Source: Bryobacterales bacterium (GTDB lineage: Bacteria; Acidobacteriota; Terriglobia; Bryobacterales; UBA6623). Taken from it: a stretch of DNA of 64,000 nt. Where the stretch lies: contig OY729427.2 of assembly GCA_963422375.2 (NCBI GenBank), positions 480,001-544,000 on the forward strand, written 5' to 3'. The notes under the pieces were generated by a model. It saw nothing but the letters and a program-made list of their open reading frames with translations. It had not been told where the DNA came from and ran no database searches. Positions 10,144 to 21,232 of the stretch are shown here, piece by piece; position 1 is the stretch's first letter; the number at the start of each line of letters is the position of its first letter. The position numbers were made by a program, and so were the translations under genes.

Positions 10144-11256
10144 CTAGGTGGCCTTCCCCGGCAGGCTGAGGGTGAAGGCGCTTCCCTGCCCAGGCTCGCT
10201 ACGGACCGAGAGGCTGCCGCCCATGGCCCGCGCCAGATCGCGCGCCAGCTTCAAACCCAGGCCGGCGCCTTGCACGTTCAGCTGGCTGGCTGCCGCGCCG
10301 CGAAAGTACGCGTCGAAGATTCGCTTCCTGTCCTTGTCGGAAATGCCCCGGCCCCCATCGGAGACACGCAGCCAGACCCGGACGCGACCGCGGCGCTCGA
10401 CGGATCCGGCCTCGACCCGAACCCAACGGCCCGGCTTGCCGTACTCAGGTTCGAGAGGATCTGCCTCACCGCCTGCGGGTCGGCGACGACCGCAGGAAGC
10501 GGCCCCCGCTCCGATCGGTCAAGCGAGAAGCCGGCTTGCTCGATCATCGGTCGCGCCTCGTTGACTGCGTCCGTCACCAGCTGCGCCGCATCCAGCGGCA
10601 GGGAGCGCATCTCGCGCTGGCCGGACTCGATCGCCGCGAATTGCAGCGTCTGCTCCACCATTCCGCCGATGCGAAGGCCTTGGTCCAGAATGAGCCTGCC
10701 GTACTGGCGGATCCGCCCGTCGGAGGCGACAATCCCGTCGGCTATGTTCTCGCCAACCGAGCGAATCACCGATATCGGCGTCCGGAGCTCATGGGTCACG
10801 CCGGCGATGAACTGCATCTGCATCCCAGCCAGATGCTTGGCGCGCCGCGCTGATAATACGACGAGCACCATCGCGCTCGCGAGCACCACCAGCACGCCCA
10901 GCCCAGTCCCCAGGCGCCGGTCCCTCTGCCTCGCAACGACGGCCGCGAGGGGTCCCCTAACGTGCCTAGCCGCGAGCTCGACCGCGACGGGCGAGTTGCT
11001 CCCGGCTAGAACGACCCGGGGAGGGCCCACCGTCGGAAGACCACGTCGGTGGGGCGGCGGACCGGGCGGTCGGGCACTAGGCCAAGCGAGCAGGGGCGGG
11101 CCGACGGCGCCTCCCGGCGCAGGGCCGCCGGGGAGAGAGCCTGGGGGCGCTCGAAAGAAACGGAGGCGCCTGCGGCGCTCTGCCGTTGCAAGCCATGCCG
11201 CGCCGAGCTCGGGACTCGACCGATACAGGAACGGATGGCCGTCACCGGTAACCAAG
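10144..11256 (-). pseudogene. Sensor histidine kinase, 3' part (TM2, HisKA, HATPase) with internal frameshift
   Basis: FIAGVTHELRTP H-box; frame break at ~10445 in the N-box; G-boxes VSDGGRGI and GAGLGL are in the second frame. Confidence 0.88.
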
Positions 11257-12796
11257 GAGCCTTTTGCAAAATTCAGAAAAGAGGGCTGACCGCCCCATGA
11301 ACGACTAGTTTCCGGGCTGTTATTCTCGCCGAAAAAGACCCCCTTCAGCTGGGCTTGCTCCGCTTCGGGGCGCTCCTGCGGGGATCGGCCCCGTGCAGGC
11401 GCAGCTCTCCCGGCCCGGCCCGGCGGGCGGGCGCTCTGCCCGGCCGTCCCGGCGGCCCGGGCTCTCGGAGCGCCAGGCGCAGGAGCTGCGCGACCGTCAG
11501 CGCGAGCACGCCGAACATGAGGTGGCACAGCACCTTGCCATGGCCGCGGACGCGCACGTGGCGCCCGCCGCAATCGTCCTTCAGGCGGCCGTTGACACGC
11601 TCCACCGTCGAGCGCTCGCGGTAGTGCAGCTTGGCGGGATTCGCCCGGCGCTGCGCAGCGCCTTGGCCTCCCGTTCCAGATCCGCCTTCAGCTCCGTCCG
11701 GCCGCGCGGGTTGACATCGATGAGCGGCACGTGCCCGAGCCGCTCGCTGAAGGCCCCGATCCCGGCCGCGTCGTACGCGCTGTCCATCAGGTCGTACAGG
11801 TTGTCGACGCGGCCCGCGGTCCGCGTCGCCAGCGGGATCGCGGCCTGGCTGTCGTGCAGCGAAGCCGAGGTGAGCAGGCAGCTGACCGGGATCCCGCCGT
11901 CGATCGCGTCGATAGGCAGCTTGTAGCCGCGCCAGCTGACGGTACGGCCCTTGGCGTTGCGCTTGGTGCCGGTATCGCAGCCCTTCGGCAGGTCGTGCAG
12001 CATTGCTTCGAGATTCATGTCCGGCTGCCGCGCCAGTCGGCGCGGAGCGGGCGGCCGCTGCTCGCCCTTGCGAGGGCGCCCGCGCTTGCGTTTCGGCTTG
12101 CGTTCCGGCGCGGGCTTCCCGGCGGGCCGCTCGCGGCCCTCGATGGCGGTCGAGTCGCGCGAGACGTGCCCTGCCAAGCGGCCGTCGAGCGTCCGCGCGA
12201 GCAGCGCCTGGTGCAAGCGTCCGGGCAGTTCGCCGGCGGCGAACTCGGCGCAGGCGCGCGAGAAGGTTGCCTCGCCGGGCACGGCCCCGGCCAGGTCCCG
12301 GCCGCACAGTCGGCGCAGGGTGCGATCGGTCTGCAGGCGCTCGACCGGCGAGCGCGTAGCGGGCTGGTCGAAGACGGCCTTGGCGATGCAGGCGCGCGCC
12401 ATGGCGGCGCGGCTTGCGAGGGGGCGGCCGCGGCCGCCCTGCCCGACGGGCAGGCAGTCCTCGACCTGCGCCGGTTCCACCGCTTGGACGAAGCTGCGGC
12501 AGCGCTCGCCGAGGGGGCCGAGTTCCTGCTCGAGCCAGGGGAACAGCCCCTGCTGGAACGTGAACCAGTACGCGGATACGGTTTCTATCAAGGACATATT
12601 CGTTTGATCCTGCCAGCTGTTTACTAGGCTTGCATTACAATAATAGCACACATGGCAAGAGATTGCCAGGAAACTCAAAACGCAGACAAGCCATTAAAAC
12701 TACATTTACTACAGTCCTATTCCATTGATTATATCGAATACTTAATAGACTAACTAAATGATAATGCTATTAGCGCGGGATTCTTGCAAAAGGCTC
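11257..12796 (-). mobile_element. IS5/IS1182-type insertion sequence (full length, transposase frameshifted)
   Basis: IRs GAGCCTTTTGCAA (11257) / TTGCAAAAGGCTC (ends 12796); DDE-type transposase inside. Confidence 0.85.
11345..12597 (-). pseudogene. IS5/IS1182-family transposase (DUF772 + DDE_Tnp_1 type), frameshift near 11640
   Basis: GRP, EATFSRA, SRDSTAIE, WRGYKL.ID, SASLHDSQ, LMDSAYD; C-terminal YRERSTVERVNGRLK is in a second frame. Confidence 0.85.
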
Positions 12797-13361
12797 ATGC
12801 TGAACGACCTGCCGAAGGACTGCGATACCGGCACCAAGCGCAACGCCAAGGGCCATACCGTCAGCTGGTGCGGCTACAGGCTGCATGGCTACAAGCTGCA
12901 TGGCTACAAGCTGCATATCGACGCGATCGACGGCGGGATCCCGGTCAGCTGCCTGCTCACCGCGGCTGCGCCGCACGACAGCCAGGCCGCGGTCCCGCTG
13001 GCGACACGGACCGCGGGCCGCGTCGACAACCTGTACGACCTGATGGACAGCGCGTACGACGCGGCCGGCATCCGGGCCTTCAGCGAGCGGCTCGGGCACG
13101 TGCCGCTCATCGCTGTCAACCCGCGCGGCCGTCGCGCAGCTCCTGCGCCTGGCGCTCCGAGAGCCCGGGCCGCCGGGACAGCCGGGAAGAGCGCCCGCCC
13201 GCAGGGCCGGGCCGGGAGAGCTGCGCCTGCACGGGGCCGCTCCTCGCAGGAGCGCCCCGCAGCGGAGCAAGCCCAGCTGAAGGGGGTCTTTTTCGGCGAG
13301 AATAACAGCCCGGAAACTAGTCGTTCGTGGGGCGGTCAGCCTTTTTTCTGAATTTTGCAAA
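12797..13361 (+). mobile_element. Partial inverted second copy of the IS5/IS1182-type element
   Basis: Near-identical to the reverse complement of ~11263-12003 with an internal deletion; terminal AGGCTC missing where IS1595 abuts. Confidence 0.85.
12872..12916 (+). repeat. 15-bp tandem triplication GGCTACA(G/A)GCTGCAT
   Basis: Encodes GYRLH-GYKLH-GYKLH; a single unit in the other copy. Confidence 0.9.
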
Positions 13362-14878
13362 GGGAATTATATATCTGAGTGCCGACAACGCCATATCCGA
13401 CGAGAACTGCTGTGAGCCGGGAGGTGGGTGTCGAGCTGGGGTCATTCGAGTGCGGCCGCGGCAGGCACGGAGGGGTGGGATCGTATCTGAATCGAGCCTG
13501 CCAGCGGATTGGACGAGGAAGGGACTAGAGAGGCCGCCTCGCATGCCCCGGTGGAACCCGGTTGGCGGTGGCAGGGCACCCCTTGCAAGCCGCTTGCAGG
13601 CCCTGCGAGGGGCGAAGACAGCGGATCCCCGGCGCTCGACGGCCTGCATGGACGGTCCGGGCCGGACCGGGGTCGCACCGGGGCATGCCGGATCCGGTGC
13701 GCCCCTCGCACCGAGCGTGCAGCGCACCGAGCGTGAAGAGCGCGCCCGCAGCGGGCTGCCGCGCTCGGCGCGGCGGGCGCCGCTCGGGCCGCGACCGCGG
13801 CCTTGCCGGTCAGCTGCCGGTAGGTCAGCGTCCGGCCGACCAAGCCCCGCGCCATGCGCCGCATCCGTTCCGCCGTGTCGCAGTCGCGGTCGTTGCGCCG
13901 TCCCGCGAACTCCGTGAGGTAGCGGCCGAGATGACGGACGCTCATCCGGTGATAGGTTCCGTACAGGCCGCGCTTGAACAGGGACCGGAACGATTCGATG
14001 CCGTTCGTATGCGCTGCCCCGCGCACGTACTCGCCGCCGGAGCGCCTGACGGCTTCGTGCGGGAACTCCTCCATGCCGGCGCAGGCCGCCGCCTCGTCGG
14101 AGTAGAGCTGCGCCCCCGGCGCGACGCGGGCGCGCACGAAGCCCTGCAGGTCGCCCTTGGCGGTGCCCGCCAGCGGCCGCGCGGCCACTGCGTTCGTGGC
14201 GCGGTCCCGCGCCCCCGCCACGGGGGTCTTGCCGACCGGCCCGCGCCCGGCACGGGCCTTCTTGCTCTCGTGCTGGTTGCGTTCCTTGCCGCCGACGTAG
14301 GTCTCGTCCACTTCCACCGGGCCGGCGAACAGGCCCCGATCCCGCTCCCGGCACGCGCGGATGCGGTGCGCCAGGTGCCAGGCCGACTTCCGGGTGATAC
14401 CCGGGTCGCGGTGCAGCTTCATGCTCGAGACGCCCTTGATGCCGGTGGTCAGCAGGAACAGGGCGACGGCCCGGGTGCGGTAGCCGAGCTCGGTGTCGGC
14501 CGTCACGCTGCCGGTGCGCACCGAAAAGCGCTTGCCGCAGCCGCGGCAACGGTACGGCATCGAAGGGTGGGCCGCGTCGGACTGCACGCTGGAGCCGCGG
14601 CAGCGGGGGCACGCGGGACCGTCCGGCCAGCGCATGGAGGCGAACCACTTTTCCGCGGATTCGTCATCGGGGAACATGGCGATCACTTCGATCAATGTGA
14701 TGCCTTTACGGAACCACTTTCCGGGACCTTATTTCTTCATTTACGGTATCCCCTACTGGAACTATTCTACCAAGAAATACCACAGAATGTCAACGGAAAG
14801 TCGGAAGAAATATGAAATCTTATTATGGCTTGATAATTTGCCGAATCGATTCCCTCGGCACTCAGATATATAATTCCC
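13362..14878 (-). mobile_element. IS1595-family insertion sequence, copy 2 (transposase with TAA at codon 4)
   Basis: Same 24-bp IRs; ATG AAG AAA TAA at 14740-14729 versus TCA in copy 1; the stop TGA of copy 1 is CGA here. Confidence 0.93.
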
Positions 14879-15578
14879 TAACCAAGGCCACTTGGTACAG
14901 CAGCTCGCCGTCGGGGCCGCAGAACAAGCGGCCCACTACTTCGGGGAGCAGCGTATCGGATACGTATCGCCAGTCCAATACCAGAATGACGAATCCTCCC
15001 CACTTCAGCTCGGAGCGCCTGTCGGGCCCGGGGGGCGGTACCCGAATGTCCGGCTCCCGTCGCACGAGCGCGCGAGCGGAGGGGAAGAGCATCCACAGGA
15101 AGACTCGGAGACCTCGCCGCCTCGGCGGCTCGCGGGCAAGGGTGTCGAGATGGTCCCGGATCTCCTCGGTTTCGCCGTTCCACCCCGTCAGCCGCGGTGG
15201 GCTTCCGCCGAGCGGCAACTCCCAGAGCTGGGTCGCCCCAGCCGGTCCGACCGAATAGAAGAGAAGGCGCCGGACCAACCGAGGGAACGGAGTGGTCTGT
15301 GCCCAGTGGGCATACTTCTCTGCGTACCCGCCCCACGCCTCCGGCCCTGCGCCACCCTCCGGCGTCTGGAACCTCGAAAGCAGGGATGTCAGTTCCCGTC
15401 CAAGCACTTGCTCGAGCTGTCGAATTGAATTCGACAGTGCATTCTGCATCATTGCTGCCTGGGCCCGACTCGCCTGGGCGGTCCATGCGCATTGCAGCCG
15501 CCCCAAGATCAGGAGCATGATCACGCAAACGATGATCGCCAGCGCGGCCCAAGTCCTCTGAAGGTCGCCAAGAGGCAC
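14879..15578 (-). pseudogene. Sensor histidine kinase, 5' part (TM1 + periplasmic domain)
   Basis: N-terminal TM helix; ...YQVALV rejoins TGDGHPFLY at 11248 across the duplicated TAACCAAG. Confidence 0.82.
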
Positions 15579-15843
15579 CGAGTTAAGAGTAATGGGTCAT
15601 CCGCGAAAGCGAGCACACGGGCAGCGAGACGCCAAGCGGGCGCTTGGAATCCACCCGCGCCGGTCCCCCACAGATACGCCTGCCCAAGTGCGTCAGGCAC
15701 CGCGGTGACACCCCGCACCTCCAAGAGATCTCCGCAACCCCGATCGGCTTCGGCGGCGCACCGACGGTGCATCCACCCGGACGGTGCTCGACGCCTAGCC
15801 CGCTCGCGCCGACGCCAAGACTCTATCTGCTAGGGAGAAGCTA

Positions 15844-16098
15844 GTGCCTGTGACAAAACTCGTATCCCCTTGATAACAAGGACGTTAGGTCCAATCTCTC
15901 AAGGCGAAGATTTCACTGGAATGCTACGACTAGTCCGAAATCCTGCCAATTCTGGGTAGAGCGCGGAAATCTTCGCGATTGGCGTCTGAGCAACTTCCGA
16001 CCTTGGGCCCTATATGTTGTATTTGGAGATCCATCCGACATCAGGATGTAGTATGAAATGCTGATCAGGCCAGAATTCAGGGGTTTTGTCACAAGCAC
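15844..16098. mobile_element. MITE-like non-autonomous element, 255 bp
   Basis: TIRs GTGCCTGTGACAAAAC / GTTTTGTCACAAGCAC (15/16 match), flanked by direct repeat AAGCTA (15838-15843, 16099-16104); AT-richer interior, no transposase. Confidence 0.8.
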
Positions 16099-16503
16099 AA
16101 GCTACCGGCGCATGACCCTGAGTTTGGGAGCGCGACTCGTGAGCGAGGCCCTCAATCCCGGCGTCCCGCCCGTCCGAGGGCCTCGCCGCTCGTTCGCTTC
16201 GCTCCACCCCGCGACGGACTCTACCTAGGGCCAATCCCGGACGAATCCAATTCAGATTGCACGGAAGGCTCACGCTTTGCACGGCGAGGCTCCCTGCGGG
16301 CAGCCCGCTATCAAACAGCGCTCCATTCTTCGCTCCGTTCTATGCACGTCGCTCCCGACTCCGACACCCTAGCTCCACACGAACCGGCTAGGGCGAGACT
16401 CCCAACCGAGGTCCGTGCCTACATACATTGAATTGGCTCAAGATATCCCAAATCATGTCGACTTCTTCAATGAGCAAAGATCCAGTCGGATGGGCACGGC
16501 ACG

Positions 16504-17465
16504 CTACGGACTCTCGAGACTCCCTTCCCATTCCTTTGGAACGAGGAGTTTCTTGCCGTTGTAATGAATGAGATGACCGGGTTTCTCGCAGATCCACACA
16601 TGAGAATCCCATGCCACATCATTGACATGTCTCCGAAACTCAGCAAAGTCAGGAAACGCACTGACATAGACGCATTTTGTGGAGGATCTCGACAAGAGTA
16701 GGTCCAATTCTACAATTCTCTTCTCTGACATCGGCCCGTGTGATGTAACTGCTTCTACAAGGAATATCCAATTTCTACCTCCGTCGAATAACTGATATCC
16801 GGTAACTTATCATGCTCAGTGATTCTTATGCTTAGAGTGTCGAGTCGATCATTGTCTACCACTAAGCTCTTACTTGCTGTGTCTCCGAGGTAAAGCAATT
16901 CAGACCCCGGCGCAAATTGCGGACCGAATTCTTCAACGACAGCCCTCTGAAGATCATTATGCCTGCCCGGAGAGAGCCGGATCTCCTGATCATCTGGAAG
17001 CCTTACCGGAACAAGATTATGATTCCTTTCCCTGCTATAGACTTCTTGCAAGATCGGCCGAGTGTGACGGAATTGTCGAATCGATTCATCCCATCTATCC
17101 GTTTTATACTTTCTTATCAAGTCCAGTACATCCTTGGTAATTGCGTAATGCGTATGCGGGCTATTGGTCGCCAGATCAGGGCCAAATGGATTGCGATCAC
17201 AAATCCGGCCCTGAACAAACTGGTGAAGCACTTGACGTCGGACTGTTTCACGCGTATTGGGAGCATAATTCTTGTCATAGTGTTGCCTCAAGTAGTCCAT
17301 GATCCCCTTTGTAACTGTGCAGGATCGACGCTCGGAATCGGACCAAGATGACCGCGGTGTTAGCCCGCACAATGCAAGGAGTGTCATACCAGAGATTTCG
17401 TTCTGTTGAGACTTCGGCATGCCCAAGGATCTGAGGATTCCTCGTGCCTCTTCAACTGTCGCCAT
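16504..17465 (-). pseudogene. BsuBI/PstI-family type II restriction endonuclease, frameshifted
   Basis: YAPNTRETVRRQVLHQF, LSPGRHN.LQ.AVVEEFGP.F, HDKLPDI, then a frame break at ~16792, then LFDGGRNWIFLVEAVTSHGPM. Confidence 0.88.
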
Positions 17466-19113
17466 GATACGATACCTCCATGTAGTTGGAATACACCAGT
17501 CGTTGTGCTAAGGCATCTAATTCCATCAATGGGTCGGATACATTTTGAATCCGCCTGCCCAAAGCAACAATATCTTCAACTTCAGGTAGGGGCATAAGCC
17601 TCAACTCTGTGGCACTGACTTGCGTGTTTCCGTTGATGGTCCGGAAGTAGATGTCAAGAATCTGACTGTTGTATAGGGCGGCCAAACCCCAAGCTTCGTC
17701 TTCGGTTAGGCTGTCACAGGGTCGATAAATATAGTTTAAATGGTTCTCTAGACCGACCTCCGGAATCTGAAAGTTCGAAGCGATATACGGGGCTGCTGTA
17801 AGGCGTCTTGATTCTTCCTTGGCGCTAAAGCGACGCAACAGCACGTAGTTTCTATTCGGCACAAGGAGCTTTCGCCCTGCCTTGCGGCTGATATATTCAG
17901 CTTTGTACCGGTTAATCGGCCATCTTGCCTGCATGGGGCGCACGTGGTTCATCCATAAGAGCGGCACATGACTCTGAGGCGTCTTGCCGATTCGTGCTAT
18001 AAGATTTGTCGCACGAAAGGGAATTACTGGTCCAGTAGAGATTCTTAGACCTAGGCTTTCTAGAGTGTTGGGCCAGGAATCGACTAGCGCAAGTACTTGA
18101 TCATCTCTATCGGTCAGCGGGAGCCTCAGTACTTTGTTGATTGACCTTGAGTCCAAGGCGGAATCAATTGCGATCTCGCGACTGGTCAAGCGGAAGATAT
18201 CGCTAGAGCCACGACTAGTCGAAACGACCATCTGTCCATTCAACTGATGTGAATTCCATTGGTCACTGCGAGTTCCAGTGAAAATAATATTTTCCTGCAG
18301 GACTGCATCTCTTCCAAACGTATCACGTCTAGACTCAAATACATGCACGGCAGCTGGTTGGACCTTATCAAATAGATACTCGCGGAATTTTTTGAAATAC
18401 GGTCCAGAACAAAAACTGCGAGGAGTAATGAATATCAGATCGCCATTGTCACGCAATAAGGCGACTCCAACGGCCATGAATAGCGAGTAGATGTTTGGCT
18501 GTCCATGCACTACCGAAGAAACGGCTACGGCACGAGGATCCGATTTATTGACCTTGAAATAAGGCGGATTCGAAATGACAGCGTCATGGGATGGCTCCCA
18601 AATCGGTCGTGCATCAATGAAACGATTGTTTTCCAAGATATTCGAGTGAAGCAATATGAAGTCGCCTACCCTCAACTTGAATGTTACTTGTACATCGTGC
18701 AGATGCCTGCTCCACGATGAAAGGTAGTCTAACACTGCGTGAAGTGGCTCCCTCAGGTTGGGGTCGACTTCATACACATCCAAGCTAACTTGAAGCGGAC
18801 TTGATTGATGTCCGAGGAGTGCTTCGACTGCGGCACAGCAGAGTATGCCGCTGCCGGCTGCCGGATCTAGAATTCTTGGGTTCTCTCGGCCTGTCTTGAT
18901 TTGTAATGCCATGAATCGTGCGACGGTGACGGGAGTCAGGTACAGACCGAATTTCCGGCGGCGTGCTTCAGACTTTCCTGCAACGTACCACTCGCCTACT
19001 CTATCGGCATAGACTGTAGGTGATTCCATCGTCTCGGGCACCGGTATTGTGGAACTAGAGCAACGAACAGCGCCGAATTCTTCTTCGACATGGAATGCGT
19101 TCCTAGCGCCCAT
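17452..19113 (-). CDS. N6-adenine DNA methyltransferase (gamma class, BsuBI/PstI/Eco57I-like)
   Basis: ILDPAAGSG motif I, ISNPPY motif IV, FITPRSFCSG.YF, ENHLNY, INGNTQVSATELR; GAGGAGG RBS; lower GC than flanks. Confidence 0.92.
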   Translation of the reverse strand: MGARNAFHVEEEFGAVRCSSSTIPVPETMESPTVYADRVGEWYVAGKSEARRRKFGLYLTPVTVARFMALQIKTGRENPRILDPAAGSGILCCAAVEALLGHQSSPLQVSLDVYEVDPNLREPLHAVLDYLSSWSRHLHDVQVTFKLRVGDFILLHSNILENNRFIDARPIWEPSHDAVISNPPYFKVNKSDPRAVAVSSVVHGQPNIYSLFMAVGVALLRDNGDLIFITPRSFCSGPYFKKFREYLFDKVQPAAVHVFESRRDTFGRDAVLQENIIFTGTRSDQWNSHQLNGQMVVSTSRGSSDIFRLTSREIAIDSALDSRSINKVLRLPLTDRDDQVLALVDSWPNTLESLGLRISTGPVIPFRATNLIARIGKTPQSHVPLLWMNHVRPMQARWPINRYKAEYISRKAGRKLLVPNRNYVLLRRFSAKEESRRLTAAPYIASNFQIPEVGLENHLNYIYRPCDSLTEDEAWGLAALYNSQILDIYFRTINGNTQVSATELRLMPLPEVEDIVALGRRIQNVSDPLMELDALAQRLVYSNYMEVSYHGDS

Positions 19114-19766
19114 AATTCCTCCTCAGTACATTAGATGACCTAGCGCTCGGCCTCCATTAAGAAGGCGAAAATCGTGCTTCTGCGACTTCAAGAATGAGGA
19201 AGTCGCTTCGAAACTCTCGTCGTGACGGAGGCGCAGATCCAAGTTGTCACGGGATAGCCGCTTGACTGGACCGGACACCGGGCGGTCGAGGTGCGACGCT
19301 GCACCGATCACAGTGTACCATTCGAGGGCGATGCCGGCGCACCGAGACGCCTAATCCAGTGGGGCCAGGCCGCGTTGACTCGTTGCACCCGCCGCTGACG
19401 CAGTCTGCGCGCCTTTGGCCAGCCCGGAGACCGATGTCGCCGCGGGCAGGAGACTTGCTCGACGCCCACGCATCGCAAGCCCCCTGCGGCAGGAACAAGT
19501 GGCGGCGCAGCCGATCCAGACGCGAGCGACGGGGCCGAGACCGCGCTCGGGGCGGGGGCACGCGTGCCTCGGGACCGCGACTTCCGGCTCTGCATCCCAG
19601 GGTGCGCGGCCGCGAGAGCGAGCAGGCGCCTGGCCAGCCCCGGCCGGGATCGCGATTCCGGCCACGCACGACACGGGGTGACGGTCGCAGCCAAGCGGGA
19701 AGCACAGGCTGCGCCAACCAAATGCCTCCTTGACGAGCGCCGCGCTCGGAGGCTCTACTAGAGCTA

Positions 19767-20999
19767 ATGCAGTCCGTTCCCCGCTCACAGCAGCGGTCCC
19801 TCACCGACCGGCTGATGCACCTAGCCGGCGGCAGCTACACGCCCGAACAGCGTCGGAAGTATTACATCAGCGGTCCCCAGTGGGCCGGCGCCTACGAGGG
19901 GCAGGCGCTCTTCCACGCACCGACTCGCCAGCCGGTCGAATTCGAGGAAGTGATCCGGAATCTCGGCGAGATCGGAATTCCCTGCTGGACCACTCACGAC
20001 AGCGACGTGATTCCCACGGACGCCCTGCTCACGGACCGGCAATGGGAGATCGTCGAGCGCATTAACACCGCACTGGACGCCCACGGCGTCCGCTGCTCCA
20101 TGGTTACCTGCGAGACGTTCTTCCACCCGGTGTTCGCGGCCAGCGCTGCAGCGGAATCTCCCGAAGTCCGGCGCTACGCGTCGCGACGTCTTCGGAACAC
20201 GGTCGATATCGGTCACGAGCTGGGGGCGCACTTCGCCGTCTACTGGCCAGGGACCCTAGGCTACATGGTGCAAGGGGCCATCGACGAGACCGATACCCTC
20301 CGGTGGTTCGCCGAAGGCCTCAACGCCGCCTGCGAGAGGGATATCGAGGTAGCCGCCGGGAAGGGCCGGGATACCCTCAAGCACTGCCTCGAAGCCAAGC
20401 CGTTCGAACCGCAGGCGCAGATCATCCTTCCTACCAGCGACGCCATGCTGGCGTTCATTTCCAGCGGGGTGCTGACCCACCCCGAGATGGTCGGCCTGAA
20501 CCCGGAATACTTGCACGAGTTGATGTGGGGCGGCGCCACCCGCGCCGTGCTGGCCCGCGCGTTGCTATGCGGGAAGCTGTTTCACTTCGACATCAACGAC
20601 GGATACCCGCTCAAGCACGACGTCGACCTAGGCATCGGCGTCGTCAACCCGCTCGACTGGCTCAACGTGCTGGTGCTGCTGAGGTCGCACGGCTACGATG
20701 GCCCGTTCAACCTCGACTTCAAGCCGCCAAGGACCACCTCGAACTACGGCGTCTGGAAAGTCAGCTTCCCGTCTGCCGTGGACCGCTTCATCACCCTGTG
20801 GAACATCGCGGGCGAGGTCATCGAGGATCCCGTCATGAAGGAAGCGACTGCGGCGCTAAGGAGTGGCGGCGGCGGGTCCGACGCCCTAGGCGATATCGTG
20901 GAGGCCAACCGGGAGCTCCTGACGCTCCACGAGCTCATGGCGCACCGGCTGTTTCAGCTCCTGGTCGGACAGCACCGAGGGCGCGTGTTCAGCGCCTAG
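19767..20999 (+). CDS. Xylose isomerase-like TIM-barrel sugar isomerase
   Basis: THDSD, LEAKPFEP, GLNPEYLHE, FHFDINDG..KHDVDL, DFKP metal and catalytic motifs. Confidence 0.8.
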   Translation: MQSVPRSQQRSLTDRLMHLAGGSYTPEQRRKYYISGPQWAGAYEGQALFHAPTRQPVEFEEVIRNLGEIGIPCWTTHDSDVIPTDALLTDRQWEIVERINTALDAHGVRCSMVTCETFFHPVFAASAAAESPEVRRYASRRLRNTVDIGHELGAHFAVYWPGTLGYMVQGAIDETDTLRWFAEGLNAACERDIEVAAGKGRDTLKHCLEAKPFEPQAQIILPTSDAMLAFISSGVLTHPEMVGLNPEYLHELMWGGATRAVLARALLCGKLFHFDINDGYPLKHDVDLGIGVVNPLDWLNVLVLLRSHGYDGPFNLDFKPPRTTSNYGVWKVSFPSAVDRFITLWNIAGEVIEDPVMKEATAALRSGGGGSDALGDIVEANRELLTLHELMAHRLFQLLVGQHRGRVFSA

Positions 21000-21060
21000 C
21001 ACACGCAGGCTCGTCAACCGGGGGACCGGGAGTAAAGCAAGACCCGCGGCGGCCGGGACG

Positions 21061-21137
21061 TGGCGCGCTCGGGAGGATTCGAACCCCCGGCCTTCTGGTC
21101 CGTAGCCAGACGCTCTATCCAGCTGAGCTACGAGCGC
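21061..21137 (-). tRNA. tRNA-Arg(ACG)
   Basis: GCGCTCGTAGCTCAGCTGGATAGAGCG TCTGG-CTACGGA-CCAGA ... GGTTCGAATCC ... CGAGCGCGCCA; cloverleaf with encoded CCA. Confidence 0.96.
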
Positions 21138-21232
21138 GCTTCCTTCACCCAGAATACACTCGCTGAACGTGCAAGGCAACCCGTCGGCTCGCGCCATACA
21201 CGACAGCCGCGGCATGCGCCACACTAGGGGCT

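Noticed and set aside
11257..14878. Single composite transposon moving as one unit
   Set aside because: The two outer ends belong to different IS families, so sequential insertions are more parsimonious
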